A stretch of 64,000 nucleotides of DNA from Octopus sinensis (taxonomy: Eukaryota), in the NCBI RefSeq assembly GCF_006345805.1, contig NW_021833050.1, positions 1 to 64,000 on the forward strand. The letters are read 5' to 3'. Position numbers and translations under genes: made by a program. Below, in pieces: positions 1-12,066 of the stretch (within the stretch, counting starts at the first letter, position 1; every line of letters starts with the position of its first letter). The notes under the pieces were generated by a model. It did no database searches. It was not told the origin of the DNA and saw nothing but the letters and a program-made list of their open reading frames with translations.

Positions 1-129
1 AAGACCCTGCCCAAGATGCAACGCAGTGGGACTGAACCCGAACCCATGTGGTTTGTTCGCAAGCTGCTTACCACACAGCCATTCCTGCGCCTATGTAGAA
101 AAATATATGTAGAAAAATCAAAACCCCAC

Positions 130-780
130 CGCTGAATCTTTCGGCAAAAGATTTGTGTCCGCTTGTAAAATGATGTACCAGGAGGCAAGGATCTCAGCCA
201 AATAAGACAATGGTAGCTATAAAGTATAAGTGATTTGGTCACTTTTGCTTTACAGCTGGAAACAAGGGACAAAGCTTGTTCGGTTTGAAAAGCCACAGAT
301 GTCTCCGATCGCTAGGATCAAGATGCAGAGCAGTCCCGATAGGAAGAGTGGGAAGCCAAAAGCCCCAACGTCAAAGAGATCTTACAGGTTACATAAGCAA
401 CAAGAATTCCGATGAAACTAGCACACAGATTGGTCAGGAAGTTTTCTAGTTCAACCGGGTGTTCTCATCCAGGCGATAGATTTTTTTAGCACTGTCCAAG
501 TTTGGTTCTCGTCGGAGACAATTTTGGTGTGTTGATTGCAAATGCAATGCACACTGTGAAGACAGCCTTGCAGTGCTGCTATTTTTCTCCAGCTTTCCAC
601 CGGCATTTTCGATATCCAGTTCTTGTATATGAGGTTCTTCTTCTTGGCCCGATTTTGCACGTTGTGGTACGCTCCGTGGGGTGACTTGCCGTTTCTGGAG
701 AGGTGGTAGCCAGGCGCGGGAGAGTGACAACAGGGACAGGACGGGGAAAAACTATTTGCCTCCAATTGCGATGATAAACT
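130..780 (-). CDS. CHS: Chitin synthase-like gene, internal exon with multiple frameshifts; gene continues beyond the left edge
   Basis: Acceptor tttctttctcccatgcag at 781-798 and donor GTGGGG at 129. Switching frames gives ...NWRQIVFPVLSLLSLSRAWLPPLQKRQ...ENA-RWKAG...CKAVFTVCIAFAIN...NFLTNLCASFIGILVAYVTCKI...GFGFPLFLSGLLCILIL...LPLSYLAEILASWYIILQADTNLLPKDS. This matches the multi-TM N-terminal region of metazoan chitin synthases from recall. At least six single-base indels are needed. Confidence 0.7.
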
Positions 781-876
781 CTGCATGGGAGAAAGAAACA
801 AAAAAAAAAGAAATATATAAACAATATACAAGTAAATATATAATATGAATATAAATCATGTAAGCATATACAGTGT

Positions 877-1228
877 TTACTCTTTTACTCTTTTACTTGT
901 TGCGGTCATTTGACTGCGGCCATGCTGGAGCACCACCTTTAATCGAGCAAACTCGACCCCGGGACTTATTCTTTTTGTAAGCCCAGTACTTATTCTATCG
1001 GTCTCTTTTGCCAAACCGCTAAGTTACGGGGACATAAACACACCAGCATCGGTTGTCAAGCAATGCTAGGGGAACAAACACAGACACACAAACACACACA
1101 CATGCATATATATATATATATATATATACATATATACGACGAGCTTCTTTCAGTTTCCGTCTACCAAATCCACTCACAAGGTTTTGGTCGGCCCGAGGCT
1201 ATAGTAGAATACACAGCCACTCCAGCGC
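877..1228 (-). mobile_element. SINE family B (tail AAAAGAGT repeats), internally deleted
   Basis: Shared body ...ggcggtgctccagcatggccgcagtcaaatgac... A further head fragment lies at 1-90. Confidence 0.75.
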
Positions 1229-2027
1229 CTGTTTGTTTACAAGTTATAAATAACGGTCATTACATTTACTGTAAATCCTCGAGTATAATCTGCAGTTTTT
1301 TCCCAAAATTTAAAGGTGAAAATCCCTAGTGCGTACTATATACATCATCATCGTCATCATCATCGTTTAACGTCCGCTTTCCATGCTAGCATGGGTTGGA
1401 CGGTTCAACTGGGGTCTGGGGAACCAGTAGGCTGTGCCAGGCCCAGTCTGATCTGACAGTGTTTCTACAGCTGGATGCCCTTCCCAACGCCAACCACCCC
1501 GTGAGTGTAGTGGGTGCTTTTTATGTGCCACCTGCACAGGTGCCAGACGAGGCTGGCAAACGGCCATGATTGGATGGTGCTTTTTACGTGCAAAAATGAA
1601 AATTATTTTCTAAGCAATGTCCGAGTCTCTATTTGCTGTCTGGCAATGTTTATTCAGATGCATTTTGTGATGTTGGGCATGAAAATACCTTAAGCTAAGC
1701 CTGAAAACAATGAAGTCATAAAAGAATCATCCATAACTTGCAGTAAGCAACATCTATTAAACGTTATTACTGTTATTTCTTTATTTTCTGCAAACAAAAT
1801 GCACAAAAAAGGTAGACGTTTGCATTATGTTATATACACAATAATAATAAAGAACGTTACCATATACATTTTTATAAACCAAGGACTTTATATAGACCTC
1901 CTTGACTCAAGTTAGAGAAGGGGTGCGTATTATACACAAGGTTTAGGTTTCCCAGTGGTACACCCCCCTAAAAATCCCCTGCGTATTATACTCAAGAGCA
2001 GACTGTACTCAAGGATTTATTGTAATT

Positions 2028-2692
2028 CCTTTATTGGAGCAAATTTGGCTTACAGTTGTTTCCAGTGATGTTATAGGTACATTACTGATAGGTTTACTCA
2101 ATTGGTCTATCGATCAACTGAGGAAAATTGAACGCTCTAAGAAAATGAATACTACTTTTATCAGAGCCATTTAGTATTAATTTTCTTAAGTCATTCAATT
2201 TACCTCAATTAATCAATAGACCAATTGTGTAAACCTATCAGTGGAAGCACTCCGTCGGTTACGACGACGAGGGTTCCGGTTGATCCGAATCAACGAACAG
2301 CCTGCTCTGCGATTAATGTGTAAGTGGCTGAGCACTCCACAGACACGTGCACCCTTAACGCCAGTTCTCGGAGATATTCAGCGTGACACAGAGAGGGACA
2401 AGGCCGGCCCCTTGAAATACAGGTACAAACAGAAACAGGAAGTAGAGTGAGAGAAAGTTGTGGTGAAAGAGTACAGCAGGGATCACACCATGCCCTGCCG
2501 GAGCCTCGTGGAGCTTTAGGTGTTTTCGCTCAATAAACACTCACAACGCCCGGTCTGGGAATCGAAACCGCGATCCTACGACCGCGAGTCCGCTGCCCTA
2601 ACCACTGGGCCATTGCGCCTCCACTAAACCTATCAGTAATGTACCTATAACATCACTGGAAACAGCTGTAAGCCAAATTGCTCCAATAAGGG
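2028..2692. mobile_element. MITE-like element with long imperfect TIRs, interrupted by a SINE
   Basis: ttattggagcaaatttggcttacag...actgataggtttac and its reverse complement at 2625-2692. Confidence 0.65.
2243..2624 (-). mobile_element. tRNA-derived SINE family A, full length, 13-bp TSD TAAACCTATCAGT
   Basis: Head GGAGGCGCAATGGCCCAGTGGTTAGGG...GGTTTCGATTCCC (A/B boxes); TSD at 2230-2242 and 2625-2637. Confidence 0.88.
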
Positions 2693-3041
2693 AAAAATAT
2701 GTAATGACCATTATTTTAAACTTGTTTCTTATATATCATTCTATAAAAACCAGTTTATCTGGAACCTGTCCATGGATTTACAAAATAGAATTGGGATGAA
2801 CAATAACTTGGAACCCTACCAACAGATAGATCGTTAGCCACTACACACATATTTTCTCTCTTTGTTTTTTCTGTGTCTCTTTCTGTAGAAGAGCGTAGGC
2901 TTGAAACATAAAGGACTTTTTCTATTCCTGAGCGTTATACTAATACATCTGTTTGTTTTGTACACCACATGTCTTCGTCTTTTGTTTTTTTCATAACTCT
3001 CCTCCCCCACACACCACACACACACATATATATAATATATA

Positions 3042-3128
<87 letters not shown>

Positions 3129-3163
3129 ACAAGTGGCGTTGTAGGGTACCGCACGAGTGGAAT

Positions 3164-3540
3164 TATATACGAAAGAAGGTTTGAAAATGCAATTTAAAAG
3201 ATGTTTATTTACTTTTACCGGTTCACTCTTTGGAAAGATTGTCAAAAGTAACATGTAGAAGTTTGGTTGCGTTAATTATTGGTTATTAACGCAACCAAAC
3301 TTCTACATTTACTTTTGACAATCTTTTTCCAAGAGTGAAACCGGTAAAGTAAATAAACATCTTTAAAATTGCATTTTCAAACCTTCTTTCGTATATATAT
3401 ATATATATATTTATTTTATAGAAGGAGCTTCTACAGACTAGAATTGTTTCATTCAAAGAAATCATCAGGAAGCTTCCTGATGATTTCCTTTGAATGAAAC
3501 AGTTCTAGTCCTGTAGAAGCTCCTTCTATAAAATAAATTA
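3164..3540. repeat. Two adjacent TA-flanked long palindromes (3164-3397, 3410-3540)
   Basis: Arms are near-perfect reverse complements; the second is centred on aagctt. Confidence 0.85.
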
Positions 3541-3606
3541 ATTTACTCTGCTATGTATTGAGTACCTTATTTACTGTGGTTAACCCCGACTCATCCCGGG
3601 ACCTAC

Positions 3607-3650
<44 letters not shown>

Positions 3651-3714
3651 TGTGGACACGTGCACGCACACACAGACACACACAGAGAAAGAAATAATAA
3701 TTAGTGCCACATAC

Positions 3715-3960
3715 ATTTGCATGGCTATAGAAAGCCAACCCTATGCCACTGAGTTCAAAGAACAGCGTAATGAAGAAAAGTATGGACCATTTCTTGATTC
3801 TTGAGAAGCCAATGCTGAGGCAGCGATAGAGGTTGTATGCGGTTGTGATGAAGAATATCATTTTCATGAAAATTACACTGAACAAAGGCTCTTCATCACC
3901 AAGGGAACCAAAGACGAAGATGCACATCCCGGTTGATTCCAGTAAACTGGTCAGTACAAT
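3715..3960 (-). CDS. CHS: Chitin synthase-like gene, internal exon (82 codons, phase 0/0)
   Basis: Acceptor tttctttttctttcag, donor GTATGT. Encodes IVLTSLLESTGMCIFVFGSLGDEEPLFSVIFMKMIFFITTAY...FFELSGIGLAFYSHAN, resembling the CHS 'ETLHSIGLCLFVF..LP.LD' TM segment. Confidence 0.8.
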
Positions 3961-3974
3961 CTGAAAGAAAAAGA

Positions 3975-5490
3975 AATGGAAACACATCATTAGAAAGAAA
4001 AAGGGAAGGAAAGAAGGAAGGAAGGAAGGAAGGAAGGAAGAAGGATGGAAGGAAGTGAGAAGGAAGGATGGAAGGAAGAGAAAGGGAAGAAAGAGAAAAG
4101 AAAGAGTCAAAGAAGGAAAGAAAAAGAAAGGAAGAGAAAAGAACAAAAGAAAGAAAGGAGAAAAAAGAAAGAAGGAAGGAAACACATCATTAGAAAGAAA
4201 GAAGGAATGAAAGAAGAAAGGAAGGAAGGAAGGAAGAAGGAAAGAAGAAGAAGAAGAAGAAGGATGAAGAAGAAGGAAGGAAGGAAAGAGGAAAGAAGGA
4301 AGAAGGAAGAAAGAAGGAAATGAAAGAAAAAGGAAGGAAGAAGGAAGGAAAGAAGGAAGAAGGAGAAGAAGGAAGGAAGAAAGAAGGAAGGAAGTGAGAA
4401 GGAAGAAGGAAGGAAGGAAGAGAGGGAAGAAAGAGAAAGAAAGAGTCAAGAAGGAAAGAAAAGAAAGGAAGAAAAAGAACAAAAGAAAAAAGGAGAAAAA
4501 AGAAAAGAAGGAAACACACATCATTAGAAAGAAGAAGGAATGAAAAAGAAAGGAAGGAAGAGAAGGGAAAAAGAAGGAAGGAATGAAAGAAGGGAATGAA
4601 GAAGAAAGGAAGGAAGGAAGGAAGAAGAAGGGAGAAGGAAGAAAGAAGGAAGAAAAAGAAAGGAAAGAAGGAAGGAAAGAAGGAGGAAGGAAGGAAAGAA
4701 GGAAGGAAGGAAGGAAGGAAAGAAAGAAGGAAGGAAGTGAGAAGGAAAGAAGGAAGGAAGGAAGAGAAATGGAAGAAGGAGAAAAGAAAGAGTCAAAGAA
4801 GGAAAGAAAAAGAAAGGAAGAAAGAAGGCAAAAAGACCAAAAGAAAGAAAGAAAGGAGAAAATGGAGAAAAGAACAAAAGAAAGAAAGAAGGAAGGAAAA
4901 AGAAAGAAAGGAAGGATGGATGACAGGAAAGAAGAAAGGAAGGAGAGAAAAAAAAGGGAAGAAGGAGAAAAGAAAGAGCCAAAGAAAGAAAGAAAAAGAA
5001 AGGAAGGAAGAAAGAAAGAAAGAGAAAAGAACAAAAAGAAACAAAAAAGAAAGCAAAAAGACCAAAAGAAAGAAAGAAAGGAGAAAAAAGAAATGAAGGA
5101 TGGATGACAAGAAAGAAGATAGGAAGGAAGGAAAAGAAAGGGAAGAAGGAGAAAAGAAAGAAAGAAAGAAAAAAGAACAAAAGAAAGAAAGAAAGGAGAA
5201 AGAACAAAAGAAAGAAAGAGAAAAGAACAAAAGAAAGAAAGGAGAAAAAAGAAAGAAAGAAGGAAGGAAAGCAGGAAGGAAAAAGAAAGAAATGAAGGAT
5301 AGATGACAGGAAAGAAGAAAGGAAGAAAGGAAATGAAAGGGAAGAAGGAGAAAAGAAAGAAAGAAAAAAGAACAAAAGAAAGAAAGAAAATAACAAAAGA
5401 AAGGAGAAAAAAGAAAGAAAGCAGGAAGGAAAAAGAAGGAAGGAAGGAAGGGAGAAAGAAAGAAAGAAAGAAAGAGGAGAAAGAAAGCTA
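3975..5490. repeat. 1.5-kb purine-only (AAGG/AAAG) low-complexity tract with higher-order repeats
   Basis: Almost exclusively A/G on the plus strand; aaacacatcattagaaag recurs three times. Confidence 0.95.
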
Positions 5491-5871
5491 ATCAACCAGC
5501 AAACCAACCAGCCAACTCTTTTGCAAGCATTTAGGTTAAGCTAGTGGTTTGAGGCTATCTTCCTCCATCACTCATTAATCTCGATGGTCTGTAAATGGTC
5601 AAAAAGACTGGCTTTTTCCTGATTATACCAATAAAAAAAAAAAAGCAGTTGGCAGAAAAAGACTTCAAGCATGTCATCATCCTCATCTTCTAGTCAGGTG
5701 ACTTGCCCCGACCAATGAAACTCTTCCATGTTGGGTATCCCGATTGAAGGACACAACATGAACGTCTGGCTTAAGTTTCAGTCACATCCATCTTTTGCCA
5801 GCAGAAATGTCTGCTCAGCACATGTCGTGACCACAGTCAGAGGTATGACTTTCAAAAGCCTCTAGAAGTTG

Positions 5872-6900
5872 GGCGCAGGAGTGGCTGTGTGGTAAGTAGC
5901 TTGCTAACCAACCACATGGTTCTGGGTTCAGCCCCAGGCACAGGAGTGGCTGTGTGGTAAGTAGCTTGCTAACCAACCACATGGTTCTGGGTTCAGTCCC
6001 AGGCGCAGGAGTGGCTGTGTGGTAAGTAGCTTGCTAACCAACCACATGGTTCTGGGTTCAGTCCCAGGCGCAGGAGTAGCTGTGTGGTAAGTAGCTTGCT
6101 AACCAACCACATGGTTCCGGGATCAGTCCCACTGCGTGGCACCTTGGGCAAGTGTCTTCTGCTATAGCCCCAGGCCGACCAATGCCTTGTGAGTGGATTT
6201 GGTAGACGGAAACTGAAAGAAGCCTGTCGTATATATGTATATATATATATGTATGTGTGTATAGGCGCAGAAGTGGCCGTGTGGTAAGTAGCTTGCTTAC
6301 CAACCACATGGTTCTGGGTTCAGTCTCCCACTGCGTGGCATCTTGGGCAAGTATCTTCTGCTATAGCCCCGGGCCGACCAATGCCTTGTGAGTGGATTTG
6401 GTAGACAGAAACTGAAAGAAGCCTGTCGTATATATGTATATATATATATGTATGTGTGTATGTATATATGTATATATATGTGTATAGGCGCAGAAGTGGC
6501 CGTGTGGTAAGTAGCTTGCTTACCAACCACATGGTTCCAGGTTCAGTCCCACTGCGTGGCATCTTGGGCAACTGTCTTCTGCTATAGCCCCGGGCCGACC
6601 AATGCCTTGTGACTGGATTTGGTAGACGGAAACTGAAAGAAGCCTGTCGTATATATGTATATATATGTATGTGTGCGTATATGTTTGTGTGTCTGTGTTT
6701 GTTCCCCTAGCATTGCTTGACAATCGATGCTGGTGTGTTTACGTCCCCATCCACTTAGCAGTTCGGCAAAAAGAGACCGATAGAATAAGTACTGGGCTTA
6801 CAAAAAGAATAAGTCCCAGGGTCGAGTTGCTCGACTAAAAGGCGGTGCTCCAGCATGGCCGCAGTCAAATGACTGAAACAAGTAATGGAGTAAAGGAGAA
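5872..6900 (+). mobile_element. Cluster of SINE family B: four tandem heads plus two further copies
   Basis: Repeated ggcgcaggagtggctgtgtggtaagtagcttgc...ggttcagtccc heads. Confidence 0.85.
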
Positions 6901-7480
6901 AGGAGTAAAGTGAGAGCCCTGCTTCAGAAGTTTCAGTGTTTCATGGAGTGAGGAATGATCTCTTAAGCATTACTGTTCCAAGACCTATTCTGACCCAGAG
7001 AAGTAGTCCCTATCAAGTTTCCAGCTATGAATGAATTAGTATGTTTGTATCATCGTCATCATCATTTAACGTCCGTTTTCCGCGCTAGCACGGGTTGGAC
7101 GGTTCAACCAGGGTCTGGGAAGCCAGGGGCTGCACCAGGCTCCAGTCTGATCTGGCAGTGTTCCTACAGCTGGATGCCCTTCCTAACGCCAACCACTCCG
7201 CGAGTGTAGTGGTGCTTTTTACGTGCCACCGGCACAGGTGCCAGGGGAGTCTGGCATCGGTCACAATCGGCTGGTGCTTTTAACGTGCCACCGGCACGGA
7301 AGCCAGTCAAGGTCGATCCCCGGTCGAACATTCCAACCCGTGCTAGCATGGAAAGCGGATGCTAAATGATGATGATGATGATGATGATATTCATGTATTT
7401 ATGACAGATATAAAGCAAGCAATTAGTTTTTCAAAAGTTTAGTTGAGTAAGGTTAAGAATCAGAGGCTGAAAATACTTAC

Positions 7481-8220
7481 GATTCCAAGTCCAATATTAT
7501 CTGGCCACGGGGTATGACTTCCAAGACCACCAACCCATATTGACTGCAGCAGGGTGATGCAGTGGGGTATAATCATCAGCAACAGTAACATGGAGAATAC
7601 CACATAATCCTGTTCGCCATAAACCTGAGTGTTGTCAGAGCCCCCGAGCATCAGTGAGGAATTGAACCGCTGAGCTAGTGATATGATTGACAAGCGGCTG
7701 AAGACAAGGGAAGTGAGAAAGAGGGCTCCGAGCAGGAACGTGGCTAGCCACTTGATGAAGGTCGCCAGGTATGGCACGGACGGGGATTCGGCCGGTTGTT
7801 TCTCGAGGTCCTGCTCGAATTTCGACTTGCACTGGACCGTGAGACGCGTGCGGGGAACCGGGCGGCGGCTTTCCTCGTTCCTCCGGTGTCGGACCTCGTT
7901 TTCCCCCCTCCTCAACATCGCCGACGACGACGTCACGGAGGACGATCTCGATGACGCGGTCGAGGGAACCGTCCTTAACGAACCTAGCCCTTCGTCACTT
8001 TGGTTATCGTTGTTGCCGTTGTTGTTGTTGTTGTTGTACTCGGGGTCTTCTTCAATCTCGTAATCCTCTCCCCCTCCCCCTCCTCCCTCCGCCCTCCTCC
8101 TCCTCCTCCTCCGCCTCCTCCACCACCTCCACCTCCTCCTTCGCTTCCTTCTTCATCTGGTGGCCCAATGTCCATCAAGGGTGGTAAACGATGAATAGTC
8201 AACACCAGCAACGACTGCAA
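7481..8220 (-). CDS. CHS: Chitin synthase-like gene, N-terminal coding exon (one frameshift in the G-rich run near 8087-8093)
   Basis: Acceptor attttcttatttttatccag at 8221-8240, donor GTAAGT at 7480. Encodes MDIGPPDEEGSE(G)n / EDYEIEEDPEY(N)n...ATFIKWLATFLLGALFLTSLVFSRLSIISL...FSMLLLLMIIPHCITLLQSIW...PWPDNIGLGI. The phase-0 junction joins the 3960 exon in frame. Confidence 0.78.
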
Positions 8221-8336
8221 CTGGATAAAAATAAGAAAATATATATATTAGAAAAGTTAAAGCATATACATTCATTCGTACATACATTTATACACACACA
8301 CACACATACACACACACACACACATACACATATATA

Positions 8337-8501
8337 GTGGCTGTGTGGTAAGTAGCTTGCTTACGAACCACATGGTTTTGGGTTCAGTCCCACTGCGTGG
8401 CACCTTGGGCAAGTGTCTTCTACTATAGCCTCGGGCCGACCAATGCCTTGTGAGTGGATTTGGTAGACGGAAACTGAAAGAAGCCCGTCGTGTATACATA
8501 C

Positions 8502-8533
<32 letters not shown>

Positions 8534-9105
8534 GTATGTGTATAGGTGCAGGAGTGGCTGTGTGGTAAGTAGCTTGCTTACCAGCCACATGGTTGCGGGT
8601 TCAGTCCCACTACGTGGCACCTTGGGCAAGTGTCTTCTACTATAGCCTCGGGCCGACCAAAGCCTTGTGAGTGGATTTGGTAGACGGAAACTGAAAGAAG
8701 CCCCTGTGTGGTAAGTAGCTTGCTAACCAACCACATGGTTGCGGGTTCAGTCCCACTGCGTGGCACCTTGGGCAAGTCTTCTACTATAGCCTCGGGCCGA
8801 CCAATGCCTTGTGAGTGGATTGGTAGACGGAAACTGAAAGAAGCCTGTCGTATATATGTATATATATTATGTGCGTGGTGTGTGTTTGTGTGTCTGTGTT
8901 TTGTCCCCCTAGCATTGCTTACAACCGATGCTGGGTTGGGTTATGTCCCCGTCATTAGCGGTTCGGCAAAATAGACCGATGGTATAAGTACTGGGCTTAC
9001 AAAGAATAAGTCCCGGGGTCGATTTGCTCGACTAAAAGCGGTGCTCCAGCATGGCCACAGTCAAATGACTGAAACAAGTAAAAGAGTAAAAGAGTAAAAG
9101 AGTAT
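8337..9105 (+). mobile_element. Cluster of SINE family B (three 5' parts, one tail)
   Basis: Repeated head and body; tail aaaagagtaaaagagtaaaagag. Confidence 0.82.
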
Positions 9106-9173
9106 ATACTAAAACATAAATTCTGGCAATAGAGTGACCAATGGTTTTGTATCCACAACCCATTAGACTCTAT

Positions 9174-9787
9174 ACCCAGTGGTTAGGGCAGCGGACTCGC
9201 GGTTATAGGATCGCGGTTTTTTCGATCCCAGACGGGCGTTGTGAGAGTGTTATTGAGCGAAAAATACCTAAAAGCTCCACGGGCTCCGGCAGGGGATGGT
9301 GGTGATCCCTGCTGTACTCTTTCACCACAACTTTCTCCACTCTTTCTTCCTGTTTCTGTTGTACCTGTATTTCAAAGGGCCGGCCTTGTCACTCTCTGGT
9401 CACGCTGAATATCCTGAGAACTACGTTGAGGGTACACGTGTCTGTGGAGTGCTCAGCCACTAACATGTTAATTTCACGAGCAGGATGTTCCGTTGATCGG
9501 ATCAACCGGAACCTCATCGTCGTAACCGACGGAGTGATTCCATCCGAGGCTCGGCAGGGGATGGTGGTTGATCCCTGCTGTACTCTTTCACCACACTTTC
9601 TCTCACTCTTACTTCTGTTTCTGTTGTACCTGTATTTCAAAGGGCCGGCCTTGTCACTCTCTGTGTCACGCTGAATCCCCCGAGAACTACGTTGAGGGTA
9701 CACGTGTCTGTGGAGTGCTCAGCCACTTACATGTTAATTTCACGAGCAGGCTGTTCCGTTGGTCGGATCAACCGGAACCCTCGTCGT
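9174..9787 (+). mobile_element. SINE family A with an internal tandem duplication
   Basis: Same body as 2243; the 3' part is repeated; flanked by the direct repeat agactctatac. Confidence 0.8.
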
Positions 9788-10084
9788 ATCTATCCCAGAC
9801 TCTATACAAAGCCAAATTTAACTTTTTGCTTCAAATTGAGGCAATGAAGACGATGATGTCAACAGCGGTAACGGTGGTTGTGATGGTAACAGTGTTGGCG
9901 GTGGTGGTGGTGTTGGTGGTGGTGGTGGTGATGATATAACTGGCATAAATAAAATTCATGCAACAGAGGGCATCTTAACATGTTTGGTAAACAGAGAATG
10001 ATAAAAGTGCTTGGGTCACAAAGTTCAACGAAATAAAAGCATTCACCTGATCAATTGTCAATAACCTATTAAAAAAAAGTATAT

Positions 10085-10218
10085 CATCATTATCATCACT
10101 GATCGCTGATGTCATCAACATTATCATCGTCATCATCACAACCATCATCACCATCATCATCATCATCATCTTCATTATCATCATCATTATCATCATCATC
10201 ATAATCATCATCATCATC

Positions 10219-10276
<58 letters not shown>

Positions 10277-10407
10277 TCCTTATCATCATCATCATCATCA
10301 TCACAATCATCATCATCATCACCGCCACCACCACCACCACCATCATCATCACCATCATCATCATCATCATCACCGTCATCATCATCATCATAATCATCAT
10401 CATCATC

Positions 10408-10439
<32 letters not shown>

Positions 10440-10458
10440 CTTCATTATCATCATCATT

Positions 10459-10511
<53 letters not shown>

Positions 10512-10770
10512 TATCATCATCATCATCATCATCATCATCGTCATCATCATCATCATCATCGTATCATCATCATCATCTGTCATCATCATCATCGTCATCA
10601 TCATCATCATCATCGTCATCATCATCATCATCATCGTCATCATCATCATCATCGTCATCATCATCATCGTCATCATTCATCATCATCATATCATCATCAT
10701 CATCATATCGTCATCATCATCATCATCATCGTCATCTCACCAATCATCTCATCATATCACCGTCATCATC

Positions 10771-10802
<32 letters not shown>

Positions 10803-10836
10803 CTTCATTATCATCATCATTATCATCATCATCATC

Positions 10837-10868
<32 letters not shown>

Positions 10869-10952
10869 CTTCATTATCATCATCATTTCATCATCATCAT
10901 CATCATCATCATCACCATCATCATCATAATCATCTTCATTATCATCATCATT

Positions 10953-10996
<44 letters not shown>

Positions 10997-11024
10997 CCGC
11001 CACCACCACCACCATCATCATCAC

Positions 11025-11058
<34 letters not shown>

Positions 11059-11259
11059 TTCATTATCATCATCATTATCATCATCATCATCATCATCATC
11101 ATCCCCATCATCATCATCATTCTTCATTATCATCATCATATCATCTCATCATCATCATCATTCATCATCATCATCATCATCACCGCCACCACCACCACCA
11201 TCATCATCACCATCATCATCATCATCATCATCATATCATCATCATCTCATTATCATCAT

Positions 11260-11309
<50 letters not shown>

Positions 11310-11444
11310 CACTCACCATCATCATCATCACCATCATCATCACACCATCATCATCATCATATCACCGCACCACCACCACCATCATCATCACCATCATCAT
11401 CATCACCATCATCATCATTCATCATCTTCATTATCATCATCATT

Positions 11445-11485
<41 letters not shown>

Positions 11486-11540
11486 TATCATCATCATCAC
11501 CATCATCATCACCATCATCATCATCATCATCATCATCACC

Positions 11541-11572
<32 letters not shown>

Positions 11573-11756
11573 CACCGCCACCACCACCACCATCATCATC
11601 ACCATCATCATCATCATCATCACCGCCACCACCATCATCATCACCATCATCATCACCATCATCATCATCACCACCATCATCATCACCATCATCATCATCA
11701 TCATCACCACCACCACCATCATCATCACCATCATCATCACCATCATCATCATCACC

Positions 11757-11788
<32 letters not shown>

Positions 11789-11789
11789 C

Positions 11790-11823
<34 letters not shown>

Positions 11824-11828
11824 CCGCC

Positions 11829-11859
<31 letters not shown>

Positions 11860-11903
11860 CCATCATCATCATCAACATCATCATCACCAAAACCACCACC
11901 ACC

Positions 11904-11973
<70 letters not shown>

Positions 11974-11978
11974 CAATC

Positions 11979-12010
<32 letters not shown>

Positions 12011-12028
12011 CATCACAATCATCATCAC

Positions 12029-12066
<38 letters not shown>

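Noticed and set aside
2545-2624. tRNA-like sequence with A and B boxes (also 51531-51605, 47930-47997 and the SINE B/C heads)
   Set aside because: No complete cloverleaf; followed by a SINE body and flanked by TSDs.
3580-5507. Long F/L/S-rich and K/E/R-rich ORFs (up to 484 aa)
   Set aside because: They are translations of the AAGG/AAAG purine tract; only 3715-3960 is a real exon.
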